Positions 19,319 through 29,594 are shown, numbered from the whole stretch's first letter. The stretch is 63,942 nt of DNA, filler included, from Dehalococcoidia bacterium (GCA_041494685.1; 3 parts of 3 records of this genome joined end to end with filler, not necessarily neighbours in it); one strand, 5' to 3'. Numbers and translations: made by a program. The notes: generated by a model from the sequence alone, not told the origin.

Positions 19319-19785
19319 ATCTCACGCAGCAGCCACGCGACGCCTGCGCGCTCGCACGGCCATTCGGCGCGCTGCAGCGGCCGGTAGCCCAGCCTGATCC
19401 AGAAGTAGACATCGATGCCGTGTACGGCCGGCGCCGGCGCGTACACCACGCGCACGCCCGCCTCCCGCAGCTCCGACTCGCCAGCGGTGGCCGCGGCCAT
19501 GCCCGCGCCGCGGCGCGAATGCTCCGGCGGCGTCGCCACAAGCTCGATGATCGCCGCGCTCCGTCTCGGTGCGTGCTCGCGCCAGACGATCACGCCGACG
19601 TCGCCCTCAGCCGCCGCGATGATGCGAGCGCGCAGCGTCCGCTCTGCGCCCAGCCGCGCCAGCAGCGACGCGCCCGGCTGATCCACGTCCACGGCGTCGT
19701 ACGCCACCGACGCGGCGACGGGCGCCAGCCAGGAGTCCAGCCATACGGCGTCGGCGTCGCTGACGGGCCGCAGCGTGACGTTCAC
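19315..19785 (-). CDS. GNAT-family acetyltransferase-like protein
   Basis: ATPPEHSRRGAG acetyl-CoA motif, YFWIRLGY; GTG overlaps dinG stop. Confidence 0.7.
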   Translation of the reverse strand: MNVTLRPVSDADAVWLDSWLAPVAASVAYDAVDVDQPGASLLARLGAERTLRARIIAAAEGDVGVIVWREHAPRRSAAIIELVATPPEHSRRGAGMAAATAGESELREAGVRVVYAPAPAVHGIDVYFWIRLGYRPLQRAEWPCERAGVAWLLREI

Positions 19786-22613
19786 GGCGCGACGGGCGCA
19801 TCGGGGCGCGCGGCAAGCCACGACGCCACGTCGCCGGCCAGCTCGCGCAGCGGCATCTCGCGCAGCTCGCACGACGGCAGCGAGCGCAGGAAGGACTCGC
19901 CGTAGCGCTTGCTGCGGAGGCGGCGGTCCAGCACGACCATCACGCCGCGGTCGGTCTTGCGGCGGATCAGCCGGCCGAAGCCCTGCTTGAAGCGGAGGAT
20001 CGCCTGCGGCAGCGCGTACTGCTCGAACGGCGAGTCGAAGAGCTCCGAGCGCGCCTGGAACACCGGGTCGGATGGCACCGAGAAGGGGATGCGGGCGATG
20101 ACGAGCAGCGACAGCGCTTCGCCCGTCACGTCGACACCCTCCCAGAAGCTCGAAGCACCGAGCACAACCGTGCGGTGGTTCTCACGCAGCGTCGCCAGCA
20201 GTTGGCGCGGCGCGCCGTCGATGCCCTGCCCCAGCACGAGGATCTGCTGTTCCTCGAGCTGCCGCTTGATACCCTGGTACGCCGCCCGCAGCGCGCTGTG
20301 CGACGTGAACAGCACCAGCGCCCGCCCCTCGCTCGCGCGCACCATCTCGATCAGCGCCCCCTGCACCGCGGCGAGGTAGCCGTGCTGGTCGGGCTCCGGC
20401 ATGTCGGTCGGCGCGAGGATCAGCGTCGAGCGGCGGTAGTTGAACGGCGAGCCGAGGAGCAGTTCGCGCGCGTCCTCGTAGCCGAGACGGCCCTTGATGT
20501 ACTCGAAGTGGCCGTCCGTGCTGAGCGTGGCGCTGGTCAGCACGACGCTGTCGCGCGGCGCGAAGAGCGCGGTGCGCAACGTCTCCGCGACGGAGAGCGG
20601 CGCGCTGGCGAGCGACGGCGATGCGTCGCGGCGCGACATCGTCAGCCAGCAGATGGTGTCGCGGTCGTCGCGGCCGATGATCTGCGAGATGCCTCTCCGC
20701 AGCGCGTCGCCCTCCTCCCACAGCTCGCCGCACTCGGCCTCCACGGCGTCGTGATCGAGGATGTCGCCCGCGTCGATCTGCGCCAGCGCGGCGTGGAGCT
20801 GCTCCAGCACGCCGGTCGCCGCGGCGAGCTGCTCGTCCGCATCGAACCACGCCGCTTCAACGTCTGACCAGTCGGGCTGCACGCGCAGGCCGCGGCTGAG
20901 CATGATCCGCTCGTCGTAGTCGTTGCGGCCGCTGCCGTGCTGCTGCCCGAACTGCTGCAACAGGCGGAAGAACGCCGGCACACTCTCGCGCGCCTTCGTC
21001 GCCGCCGGCGCCAGCGTGCGGGCGAGCGCCTTCAGCTGCGGTGCGGGGCCGACGGCCTGCAGCGCGACGCGCGTCGCCGTGTCGATCGTGGCGACGAAGC
21101 CGCCCTCGCGGTCGCGGCCGCTGCGCGTGTAGAGACGGTCGACCCACGCCATCAGGTCGGCCTCGGACGCCGCGAAGCCGAACTGGCTCGTCGCTTCGTC
21201 CTCCAGGTGGTGCGCCTCATCGACGACGAGATGCTGGTAGTCGGGCAGCACGTTGCCGGCCGCGCGCACGTCCGAGAGCAGCAGCGCGTGGTTCACGACG
21301 AGCACGTGCGCCGATTCCGCGCGCTTCTTTGCGCGGTAGAAGAAGCACGAGCCGTCGCGCACGTACTCGCACTGCATGGCGATGCAGCCGCCATCCTGCG
21401 CGCTTACCCGGTGCCAGGCGGCATCTTCCTCGCGACGGAGACCCAGTTCGGCGCGGTCGCCTGTGTCGGTGTGGCCGAGCCAGAACAGCAGGCGCACGAG
21501 CACGCGCGCCTCGTCGGTGTCGATGCTGGTGCTGTGGCCCGCGGAGGACCAGCGCAGCAGGCAGAGGTAGTTGCTGCGGCCCTTCATCTGCGCCACCCGC
21601 AGATCGTCGTGCTGAATGCCGGCCGCCGCCAGGATGCGCCGCGCGATCGGGATGTCCTGCCCCATCAGCTGTTCCTGCAGGTTGATTGTGTTCGTCGAGA
21701 TCACGACGCGCGTGTTGTTGCGCACAGCGTGCAGCGCCGCCGGCACCAGGTACGCCAGCGACTTGCCGACGCCGGTGCCGGCCTCGACGATCAACCGGTC
21801 GCCTTCGTCGATCGCCTCGGCGACGGCTCGCGCCATGCCGGCCTGCTCCGGCCGCTCTTCGAAGTCGACGATGGCGGTGTGGGCCGCGGCGCTGGAGACC
21901 AGCGCCGCCACCTCGTTCGGGTCGATGGGTACGGCGCGCGTCGAGGGCGGCGAGCCCTCCACGATCGGCCCTGGCGCCTTCACGAATCTGTGTACGACGC
22001 CCTCGCGCTCGCTGTCGCCCGGGCGGCGCGGGCGCTCCGCGGCGACCTCGCGGAAGAGGTGCCGCAGCGACCAGTCGCTGGCCGACGCGATGCGCTCTGC
22101 CTCCGCCAGCAGGTCCGGCGGCGCGTCGACCAGGCGCTGGCGCAGCGCCGCGAAGACGCTGCGCGCGGCGTCGGCGTCAGCCATCGCGCGGTGGCGGTTC
22201 GTGAACTCGATGCCGAGGTGGTCGGCGATCGCGCCCAGCGATCGCTGCTGCAATCCCGGTAGCAGCAGGTTCGCCAGCTCGAACGTGTCGTAGGTGGGGC
22301 CGAAGACCTGCACGCCCTTGCGCGCGAGGAAGCCGGTATCGAACGTGGGGTTCTGCCCGACGATCGGGTCGAGCCCGATGAAGCGCTCGACCTCCCCTGC
22401 GATCGCGCCAAAGTGCGGCGCAGATTCCAACTCCTCGGCCGCGATGCCGGTGAGCAGGGCGATGCGGTACTCCAGCTTGCGCCCGGGGTTCACGAACGAC
22501 TGGTACGTGTCGAGGACGCCGGTGGCATCGAAGCGCACAGCCGCTACTTCGATGATCTCGTCAGTCTCCGGGTCGAGGCCGGTCGTTTCGAGGTCGAGTG
22601 CGACGTACGCCAT
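19782..22613 (-). CDS. dinG: DnaQ-exonuclease / DinG-family helicase fusion
   Basis: DLETTG, HRAMAD exonuclease motifs; EAGTGVGKS, DEAH, SATL, FWEGVD, QGFGRLIR helicase motifs. Confidence 0.92.
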   Translation of the reverse strand: MAYVALDLETTGLDPETDEIIEVAAVRFDATGVLDTYQSFVNPGRKLEYRIALLTGIAAEELESAPHFGAIAGEVERFIGLDPIVGQNPTFDTGFLARKGVQVFGPTYDTFELANLLLPGLQQRSLGAIADHLGIEFTNRHRAMADADAARSVFAALRQRLVDAPPDLLAEAERIASASDWSLRHLFREVAAERPRRPGDSEREGVVHRFVKAPGPIVEGSPPSTRAVPIDPNEVAALVSSAAAHTAIVDFEERPEQAGMARAVAEAIDEGDRLIVEAGTGVGKSLAYLVPAALHAVRNNTRVVISTNTINLQEQLMGQDIPIARRILAAAGIQHDDLRVAQMKGRSNYLCLLRWSSAGHSTSIDTDEARVLVRLLFWLGHTDTGDRAELGLRREEDAAWHRVSAQDGGCIAMQCEYVRDGSCFFYRAKKRAESAHVLVVNHALLLSDVRAAGNVLPDYQHLVVDEAHHLEDEATSQFGFAASEADLMAWVDRLYTRSGRDREGGFVATIDTATRVALQAVGPAPQLKALARTLAPAATKARESVPAFFRLLQQFGQQHGSGRNDYDERIMLSRGLRVQPDWSDVEAAWFDADEQLAAATGVLEQLHAALAQIDAGDILDHDAVEAECGELWEEGDALRRGISQIIGRDDRDTICWLTMSRRDASPSLASAPLSVAETLRTALFAPRDSVVLTSATLSTDGHFEYIKGRLGYEDARELLLGSPFNYRRSTLILAPTDMPEPDQHGYLAAVQGALIEMVRASEGRALVLFTSHSALRAAYQGIKRQLEEQQILVLGQGIDGAPRQLLATLRENHRTVVLGASSFWEGVDVTGEALSLLVIARIPFSVPSDPVFQARSELFDSPFEQYALPQAILRFKQGFGRLIRRKTDRGVMVVLDRRLRSKRYGESFLRSLPSCELREMPLRELAGDVASWLAARPDAPVAP

Positions 22614-22690
22614 ACGGGGCCGGATCTAGTACTGCGAAGAGGAGCGATCGTGCGCAGTGTACACCGCCGCGCGGCGCCGCGGCGCCCGCG

Positions 22691-23416
22691 TCAGGTGGCG
22701 AGGCCGGGCGCGGCCTCCTCGAGGCTGTCTTCCGTGAAGTACGTGAGGTTCCCTTGCAGCAGGCCGTGGTGCGCGTGGAAGCGGCGCGCGTGCAGCTCGC
22801 GCAGCATGTCCTCGGGCGTCTTCAGCTCGTTCTCGAAGACGGTGCAGTAGAAGCCGATGCCCGAGCGCGAGTGCGCGTCGCTGCCGCCCGTCACCGGCTT
22901 GCCAAGCGCCTTCGCGACGCGGAGCGCGAAGAGGTTCTCGCGCGGCGTGTTGGCGCCGTTCAGCGCCTCGATGGCGTCGACGAGCTGGAACACAGGCATC
23001 TTTTCCGCCGCCTGCTCGGGAGTCATCGTGAACGGCTCCTTCCCCTGCTTGCGGAAGTAGACCGGGTCGAACCAGTGGCGGAACGGGTGCGCGACGACCA
23101 TGAAGCCGCCCAGCTCGTCCAGCACGCGGCGAAGCTCCTCCGCGCGCCGGATGCCGGCGACGTACTGCTTCAGCCCCACGACGATCATGTGGCCGAGGTC
23201 GGTCGAGACCTCCATGCCGTTGTTCACGAAGAGCTCGCTGTGTCGCTGCCGGTATTCGTTGAGCTTGTACGTGTCCCAGAGCCGGTCGTGCTCCGTTATG
23301 TTCAGTCCGGTCAGCCCGCGCGCCTTCGCCTCTTCGGCGAGGTCTTCGGGGCTCAGGCCGCTGTCGGAAGCGCCCGCTGTCGTGTGGATGTGCATGTCAA
23401 GGATGGTGCCCGGCAT
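22691..23416 (-). CDS. PHP-domain phosphoesterase
   Basis: DMHIHT, ITEHD, AHPFR, GGSDAH. Confidence 0.88.
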   Translation of the reverse strand: MPGTILDMHIHTTAGASDSGLSPEDLAEEAKARGLTGLNITEHDRLWDTYKLNEYRQRHSELFVNNGMEVSTDLGHMIVVGLKQYVAGIRRAEELRRVLDELGGFMVVAHPFRHWFDPVYFRKQGKEPFTMTPEQAAEKMPVFQLVDAIEALNGANTPRENLFALRVAKALGKPVTGGSDAHSRSGIGFYCTVFENELKTPEDMLRELHARRFHAHHGLLQGNLTYFTEDSLEEAAPGLAT

Positions 23417-23458
23417 ATCGCGGGAACTATAGCAGCGGGGCGCGGCTGGCAGGGCCCG

Positions 23459-23878
23459 CTACTTCCCCGCCTCCGCGAGCCACGGCATCGCCCAGCCGAA
23501 CGCCAGCACGAACACCAGTCCGCCCGCGAGCGCGTAGCGCCGCACCGCCGGAAGCAGCAGCGCCGGTATGACCGCAACCGCCGTCAGCGCCACCACCAGC
23601 AGCGTGTACGCCGCGTTCGGGCTGCCGAACCCGCCGGCCGGACGCCGCGCGTCGATGCCGTCGAGCGCCAGGCCCAGCACCATGCCGATCGCCGTGAACG
23701 TGATGAACGCGCCGAAGTGCAGCACCACCGACAGTGCGACGACGCTCGTGCCGGGCGGTGCGACACGCTGCGCCATACCGGTGCGCTGGTTCGAACGCAC
23801 GAGGACGATCGCGGCAAACGGCGTAGAGACGATCGCCAGGGCGAAGCCAGTGACGAACCCGGCGAAGACCTGCGGCAT
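23459..23878 (-). CDS. Hypothetical 4-TM membrane protein
   Basis: Hydrophobic helices; abuts ispE stop. Confidence 0.65.
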   Translation of the reverse strand: MPQVFAGFVTGFALAIVSTPFAAIVLVRSNQRTGMAQRVAPPGTSVVALSVVLHFGAFITFTAIGMVLGLALDGIDARRPAGGFGSPNAAYTLLVVALTAVAVIPALLLPAVRRYALAGGLVFVLAFGWAMPWLAEAGK

Positions 23879-24784
23879 CTACACGTCCTCGATGCGCAGG
23901 GCGAGTTCGCGGCGGAGTGCGTGCGCTGGACGCGGCTCGAACCCCAGTTCGCGAATGCGGCCCGAGAGTTCATGCGCGAGATCCGCGCCGCCCGGGTAGA
24001 GCAGGAAGAACGACGGGCCGGCGCCGGCCAGATGCGGCATGTAGCCCAGCGCGCGCAACGCCTCCATCGCCTTCTCGGTCTCGGGCAGCATCGTCGTCAC
24101 GACGTGCTCGAAGGTGTTGTTCAGGTCTTCGTCCACGATCATACGGCCGGCCTGGACCGTCTCGCGCACGCCCAGCGTGGCGTCGCCCTCCGCGTAGTGG
24201 TCCGGCGTAAGGGCACGGAACATCGCCGCCGTCTTCTCGCCGCGATACTGCTGCGGTGGCGTGGCGAGCAGGATGCCCGGCGCCAGCGCGTCGGCCAGCG
24301 GCTCGACGGCCTCCCCGCGGCCGCTGGCGATCGCGGTGCCGCCGACGACGAAGAACGGCGGGTCGGAGCCGATCTCCGCGGCGATCTCGACCAGGTTCGC
24401 CTGCGGCTGTCCGGCGTCCCAGAGGATGTTCAGTCCGCGCAGCACGGCCGCGGCGTCGCTGCTGCCGCCGCCGAGTCCCGCCGCCACCGGCACGTGCTTC
24501 TCCAGCGCGATGTGCGCGCCGGGGGAGTGGCGCAGGCGGCGCGCCAGCGCTGCCGCCGCGCGATACGCAAGGTTCTGCTCCACCGGGTGATCGGCCAACA
24601 TGCCGGCGGCGGGGCCGCTAACCTCCAGGCTGATCGCGTCGGCGGGTGCCAGCGTCACGAGGTCGTGCAGGTCGATCGTCTGGAGCGCGCTGCGCAGCTC
24701 GTGGTAGCCGTCCGGGCGGACGCGCAGCACCTCCAGCGTCCAGTTGATCTTCGCGGGCGCGACGACGCGCAGACGGCGGCTCAC
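23879..24784 (-). CDS. ispE: 4-diphosphocytidyl-2-C-methyl-D-erythritol kinase
   Basis: APAKINWTLEV..RPDGYHEL, PVAAGLGGGSSDAA. Confidence 0.93.
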   Translation of the reverse strand: MSRRLRVVAPAKINWTLEVLRVRPDGYHELRSALQTIDLHDLVTLAPADAISLEVSGPAAGMLADHPVEQNLAYRAAAALARRLRHSPGAHIALEKHVPVAAGLGGGSSDAAAVLRGLNILWDAGQPQANLVEIAAEIGSDPPFFVVGGTAIASGRGEAVEPLADALAPGILLATPPQQYRGEKTAAMFRALTPDHYAEGDATLGVRETVQAGRMIVDEDLNNTFEHVVTTMLPETEKAMEALRALGYMPHLAGAGPSFFLLYPGGADLAHELSGRIRELGFEPRPAHALRRELALRIEDV

Positions 24785-25608
24785 GGCTGCGGCCTCGCCA
24801 GCCAGGCGCGCGCGATCGCCGCCCAGTCGTCCAGCGACAGGGCCTGCGGCCGCAGCGTCACGTCGATGTGTGCGGTGGCCATCACCGTGTCGATCACCTC
24901 CTGCTTCACGTGCAGCCCGAACGAGAGGCTGTTGCGCAACTGCTTGCGCGGATTGCCGAAGCCCGCACGCACGATACGGAAGAACGCGTCGACCGGCACG
25001 TCCACGCGCCGCTGCGGCAGCACATCCAGCCGCACGACGGCCGACTGCACCTTCGGCGGCGGATAGAACGCGCCCGGCGCTACGCGCATCACGATGCGTG
25101 CGTCGGCGTAGAGCTGCGTCGCCGCGCCCAGCAGCGTCATGTGCGGCGGCCGCGAACAGATCGACTCCGCGACCTCCAGTTGCACCATCACGACCAGGCA
25201 GCGCGGCGGCGTCTCCGATTCCAGGAAGTGGCGCAGCGTCGGCGCCGCGATGTTGTACGGCAGGTTCGCTACGACGGCGTACGGCGGTGCGGCGCCGCCT
25301 GCCGCCAGCAGGTCGCCGGGTGTGCGCTCCAGCACATCCGACTCCACGATCGCGACGGACGGCGTTTCGGCGAAGCGCTGCCGCAGCGCGGCGATCAGGT
25401 CCCGATCCACCTCGACGGCGACGACATGTTCCGTGCGCTCGGCGAGGACGACGGTGAGCGCGCCGAGTCCCGGCCCGACCTCGATCACCGGCTCACCGGG
25501 CGCGATCTCGGCGGCATCGGCGATGCGGTTCAGGATGTTCGTGTCGGAGAGGAAGTGCTGGCCGAAACGCTTCTTCGGACGCGGAGCGGCCGGTGCGCGC
25601 CTACTCAA
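24781..25608 (-). CDS. rsmA: 16S rRNA m6,2A dimethyltransferase
   Basis: KKRFGQHFL, EVGPGLG, ANLPYNI, MVQLEVA, FYPPPKVQS; probable TTG start. Confidence 0.94.
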   Translation of the reverse strand: MSRRAPAAPRPKKRFGQHFLSDTNILNRIADAAEIAPGEPVIEVGPGLGALTVVLAERTEHVVAVEVDRDLIAALRQRFAETPSVAIVESDVLERTPGDLLAAGGAAPPYAVVANLPYNIAAPTLRHFLESETPPRCLVVMVQLEVAESICSRPPHMTLLGAATQLYADARIVMRVAPGAFYPPPKVQSAVVRLDVLPQRRVDVPVDAFFRIVRAGFGNPRKQLRNSLSFGLHVKQEVIDTVMATAHIDVTLRPQALSLDDWAAIARAWLARPQP

Positions 25609-27064
25609 GGACGTAGATGTCGAGCCACTTCGACTGCCAGTCAACGCTCACTCCGTCCGGAAATCCCAGGTCGATGATATACCCCTTCACCGCGCCGCCG
25701 GTGTCCGCCGCCACGGCGTACCCGTAGCCCGGGATAAACAGCTTCGTCCCCAGCGGGATGACATTCGAATCGACGGCGACGATACCGTATGTCACCTGGA
25801 CGCCAGTGGCCGTGCGGCCGTAAGCAGGGTCGCTCGACGAGCGGCCGGCGCTGGCGGGCGTGTAATACGTCGCGTACACGCGCAGTGTCTTCGCGACGCC
25901 GCCCGCGGCACTGGGCGCGCTGTCGTTTTCGCCGGTGCGCTCAGGGTAGTAGATGATCGTGTCTTCCGGCTCCGGGCTCCACGACTCGTCGAGCAGCGTG
26001 CGGCCGACCTCGTCCCCGTTCACGTAGGCCACGTCGTAGTGGCGGATCCGCACGCCGTCGTGGCCCTTCGCCGTCCTGGTTTCGCCCGGCGGCAGCGACG
26101 GGTCGGACCGGTACACGGTCTTGCTCTCGACGTACTCGCGCTCCGTGTCGCTGCCGGCGGAGAGCTGCACGACGCGTACTGCCAGGCCGGCGCTCACGGG
26201 CGTATCGGCGGACGGGTCGATGAACGCACCCTCCGGGATCGTGATGCCGGCGGCGCTCAATGCCTCGCCGACGGTGCTCGCCAGCGTGTAGATCACCTGG
26301 TGGTCGTGCGGCAGTGTGACGGTGACATCCTTCGCGTGACGCACCTCCACGCGCGCATCGGCATCGAGGGGCGCTTGCTCCGCCGGCGTCACAGCGTCGC
26401 CGGGGCCGATGGTCAGCCCCGCCTCGCGCAGCGCCTGCGCTACGGTCGGGCGGCTGGAGGTGGACAGCAGTTCGCGGCCGTCCTCGATGATCGTGAACGG
26501 GACGGCCCGCCGCACGTCGATAGATATCGCGCCGTCCGAGACCTCGTCGCTGAATACCGCGCTGGTCGCAAACAGGCGCGGTGGTTCCACCGGCGCGTTG
26601 ACCGACACCAGCACGCCGCCTTGCAGCACACTGTCGCGGCCGGCGACGGCCACGTTCGCCTCGGCAAGCAACTGGTCGATCGTGAGGGCGTGCGTGTGCA
26701 GTCGATACAGTACGCCGTCCGCCTGCAGCGCCACTTCGCGCGCTCGGTCCACACGCAGCACGTCCATACCGGCGCCGGCCAATTCGGTGACGCGATCGCC
26801 CGGCCGCAGATCGACACCCGCGCCCTGGAGCAGCGCAGCGTCGCTGGAGTTGCGGGTGTGCAGCACGAACTCGCGGCCATCGGCCTGCACCTGGACCGTC
26901 CGCGGGCGAAGCAGCACGTAGCCGAACACGCTCACGACGAGCAACGTAACCAGGACGGCGAGATGGCCGCGGCGACGGCGATCGAGGAGAAGGCTGTGCT
27001 TCCCTGCGTCCTGCAGCAGACGGGCGACACCGCCGAAGCGGCCGCGCCCGGGCGTGAGCGGCAC
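25601..27064 (-). CDS. YabE/RpfB-like cell-wall protein: TM + DUF348 repeats + G5 + 3D domain
   Basis: Repeated TVAQAL..AG units; TATG..YGIVAVDSNVIPLGTKLFIPGYG.AVAADTGGAVKG.IIDL 3D motif; upstream of rsmA. Confidence 0.85.
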   Translation of the reverse strand: MPLTPGRGRFGGVARLLQDAGKHSLLLDRRRRGHLAVLVTLLVVSVFGYVLLRPRTVQVQADGREFVLHTRNSSDAALLQGAGVDLRPGDRVTELAGAGMDVLRVDRAREVALQADGVLYRLHTHALTIDQLLAEANVAVAGRDSVLQGGVLVSVNAPVEPPRLFATSAVFSDEVSDGAISIDVRRAVPFTIIEDGRELLSTSSRPTVAQALREAGLTIGPGDAVTPAEQAPLDADARVEVRHAKDVTVTLPHDHQVIYTLASTVGEALSAAGITIPEGAFIDPSADTPVSAGLAVRVVQLSAGSDTEREYVESKTVYRSDPSLPPGETRTAKGHDGVRIRHYDVAYVNGDEVGRTLLDESWSPEPEDTIIYYPERTGENDSAPSAAGGVAKTLRVYATYYTPASAGRSSSDPAYGRTATGVQVTYGIVAVDSNVIPLGTKLFIPGYGYAVAADTGGAVKGYIIDLGFPDGVSVDWQSKWLDIYVLE

Positions 27065-27148
27065 GTGCTCTCCTGTGCTACTCCGGGCCGTCCTCGAACG
27101 TAAGCCGCCGTGGCGCCCCTACCGGCGCGGCGAGAAGTTGAGAATTAT

Positions 27149-27415
27149 GGTCGTGCACCCGCTGTCGATCAGGCCCTTCGGCTTAACGGCGCTAGCCAGC
27201 TCCGGCCCGGTAACCCTACGGCACCCGGAGTTAACTACTTACCGCTGCTTCCTTCCGGACCTGACGGGGTTCGTAGCGCTCCGCCGCGTAGGACCAGGCC
27301 CTCAACGCCGCTCGGCGCAGCCAGTTCCCAGGTACACCAACCTCGAGCGGGAATTCAGCCCCGCTATAGCGGCTTGCGGGTACAGGGCACCGCTGGCTCC
27401 CCGCCTAGCACGACC
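27149..27415 (-). ncRNA. ffs: Signal recognition particle RNA, large (Alu-domain) type
   Basis: Helix-8 CCGTCAGGTCCGGAAGGAAGCAGCGG; Alu-like GGGGAG..GCGGTGCCCTGTACCCGCAA.CCGC; terminal GGTCGTGC/GCACGACC pairing; 267 nt. Confidence 0.96.
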
Positions 27416-27422
27416 ACGCTGC

Positions 27423-27450
27423 ATCGTAGCACGGCGCACTCGCACGTCAA
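27423..27450 (-). promoter_or_regulatory. ffs promoter
   Basis: TTGACG-16 nt-TACGAT with extended TG, 7 nt upstream of RNA 5' end. Confidence 0.7.
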
Positions 27451-27557
27451 GCCGCAACGCGCTCGTGAAGATTTGTTATGTCGTCTGTGATTGACCGCGC
27501 ACTGCCGGCTGGGCTACGATCGAGCTTCACGCATCCCGTCTCGTCAGGACACGATCC

Positions 27558-29594
27558 TTGCGCGCATCACCACCGGCCATCACGCTCGCACTCATCGCGG
27601 CGCTCTCGATCGCTGCGATCTCGCTCCGCGCGGGCGGTACGGAGCGGGTCCGCGCGGGAGCGCAGGGCCAGCCCGCGGCGGCGTCCGGGCGGCTCACCCA
27701 CAGGGCGCGAGTCGACGTACGGGCGCTGCCGCCGGCGGGCAGCGCAAGCGCCGGGGAACCGCCGCCTCCGCACACCGCGCCGCAACCCGGAACCGCGCCG
27801 CCCGATGCGCCCCCCGGCAACGCGCAGGCCACCCAGGTGCTCGACACCTCCATGGGCTTCACGGTGCTCGCCGCGCCGCCGTCGCACGGCACGGCCTTCG
27901 CGGGCCTGGGTTCGACGGACAACCCGGTGCGCATGACGCCGCCCGACCCCCAGATCGCCGTCGGTCCGAGCCACGTGCTCGAGATGGTGAACCAGGAAGG
28001 TCGCGTGACGGCGCGGGACGGCACGAACGCCACGACATTCGACCTGCCGGCCTTCTTCAGCGTCCAGACAGGATGGTCTGCGTCCGACCCGAAGGTAATC
28101 TACGACCCGGCAAGCGCCCGCTTCTTCGCGACGTACTGGTCCGCGATCGACAACGCGTCCGGCACGGACCACAGCGAGCTCTACGTCGCGGTCTCGACGA
28201 CCTCGAACCCGCTGAACACCTGGGACGAGTACGTGATCCCGTTCGACAACGACGAGCCCGACTATCCCGGGCTGGGGATCACCGACGACAAGGTGACGAT
28301 CTCGTTCAACCGCTTCAACATCAACACGAGCGCCTTCGTCGGCGTACAGACCTACGTCCTGCAGAAGAGCGACCTCGTGAGCGGGGCGCTCAGCGTGCAA
28401 GAACAGCACACGGCGCCGGACAACACGCACTTCACCTTCCGCCCCGCGCACGCTCTGAGCAGCACGACTACGGAGTACATGGTCGCGGACGACCCCGGCG
28501 CGTCGACGCAGTTGCACATCTGGACGATCACAGGCACGCCGGCCGCCGCTAACGTCGTGTTCACGGACGTGGCAGATCCGGTCGTCGGCGCCATCAACGC
28601 CGCGCCCGACGCGGCGCAGTCCGGCAGCACGAGGCTGATCTCGACGGGCGGCAATCGCGTACTGGAGACCATCTGGCGCGCGAACAAACTCTGGATCGCC
28701 GCCACAGGCGCGTGCAGCTGGAACACCCAGGGCGACTCGGTCAAGCGCTCGTGCCTGCGGTTGATCGAGTACGATACGTCGGCTGCGGGCGTCACCCAGG
28801 ACATCACGTTCGGCGCGCCGCTGACCTTCTACTACTTCCCGGCGATCCGCACCGATTCGAGCGGCAACCTGACGGTCGTCTTCACCCGCTCGTCGGGCAC
28901 GCTGTTCGCGGAAGCGGCCGTCGCCGGACGACTGGCCACGGATGCGCCGAACTCCATGGCCGGATCGACGCTGCTCAAGGCGGGCGAGCGGACGTACAGC
29001 CCGGCGCTGCTTGGCAACGAACCGCCCTACCGCTGGGGCGACTATCTGGGCGCCGCGGTGGACCCGGCCGACCCGACGGTGATCTGGGTGGTCGGCGAGT
29101 ACGCCAAGACGGACGCGTCCGAGCAGTGGGGCACATACATCGGATCGTTCCAGTACGCACCGCCCGCAACGGCCACGCCGACGCCCACTGCGACAGCGAC
29201 GTCCACGCCCACACCACCGCCTCCTACGGCGACGAATACGCCGCTGCCCACAAGCACGCCGACACCAGTGCCGCCGACGGCGACCGACACCCCGACGTCC
29301 ACGGCTACGAACACGCCGCTGCCGACCGACACGCCGACGCCGGTGCCGACGGACACACCGGTACCGCCCACCGCCACGAACACGCCGACCGCGGCGCAGT
29401 GTTCGGCGATTGCCAGGGCCGACGTGACGGGCGACGGTGTGGTGGCCATCGATGACCTGGGCAAAGTCGCGCTCTGGTTCGGCCAGACCGTGCCGCCGGC
29501 CCCCGCCTCGTACGACCAGACCGGCGATAACAAGATCACGATCGGCGACCTCGGCAAGCAGGCACTGGTGTTCGGCATGCATCGCTGCCCGTAG
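27558..29594 (+). CDS. Secreted protein: beta-rich N-terminal domain, Pro/Thr linker, C-terminal dockerin-like domain
   Basis: Signal-like N-terminus; PPDPQIAVGP..RWGDY domain; PT repeats; DVTGDGVVAIDD and DQTGDNKITIGD Ca-loop pair. Confidence 0.75.
   Translation: MRASPPAITLALIAALSIAAISLRAGGTERVRAGAQGQPAAASGRLTHRARVDVRALPPAGSASAGEPPPPHTAPQPGTAPPDAPPGNAQATQVLDTSMGFTVLAAPPSHGTAFAGLGSTDNPVRMTPPDPQIAVGPSHVLEMVNQEGRVTARDGTNATTFDLPAFFSVQTGWSASDPKVIYDPASARFFATYWSAIDNASGTDHSELYVAVSTTSNPLNTWDEYVIPFDNDEPDYPGLGITDDKVTISFNRFNINTSAFVGVQTYVLQKSDLVSGALSVQEQHTAPDNTHFTFRPAHALSSTTTEYMVADDPGASTQLHIWTITGTPAAANVVFTDVADPVVGAINAAPDAAQSGSTRLISTGGNRVLETIWRANKLWIAATGACSWNTQGDSVKRSCLRLIEYDTSAAGVTQDITFGAPLTFYYFPAIRTDSSGNLTVVFTRSSGTLFAEAAVAGRLATDAPNSMAGSTLLKAGERTYSPALLGNEPPYRWGDYLGAAVDPADPTVIWVVGEYAKTDASEQWGTYIGSFQYAPPATATPTPTATATSTPTPPPPTATNTPLPTSTPTPVPPTATDTPTSTATNTPLPTDTPTPVPTDTPVPPTATNTPTAAQCSAIARADVTGDGVVAIDDLGKVALWFGQTVPPAPASYDQTGDNKITIGDLGKQALVFGMHRCP
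29160..29392 (+). repeat. Pro/Thr low-complexity repeats (PTATNTP/PTDTP) in linker
   Basis: Imperfect tandem coding repeats. Confidence 0.8.

Noticed and set aside
29160..29392. Periodic repeats as a possible CRISPR array
   Set aside because: Degenerate in-frame Pro/Thr codons with no constant repeat-spacer structure and no cas genes
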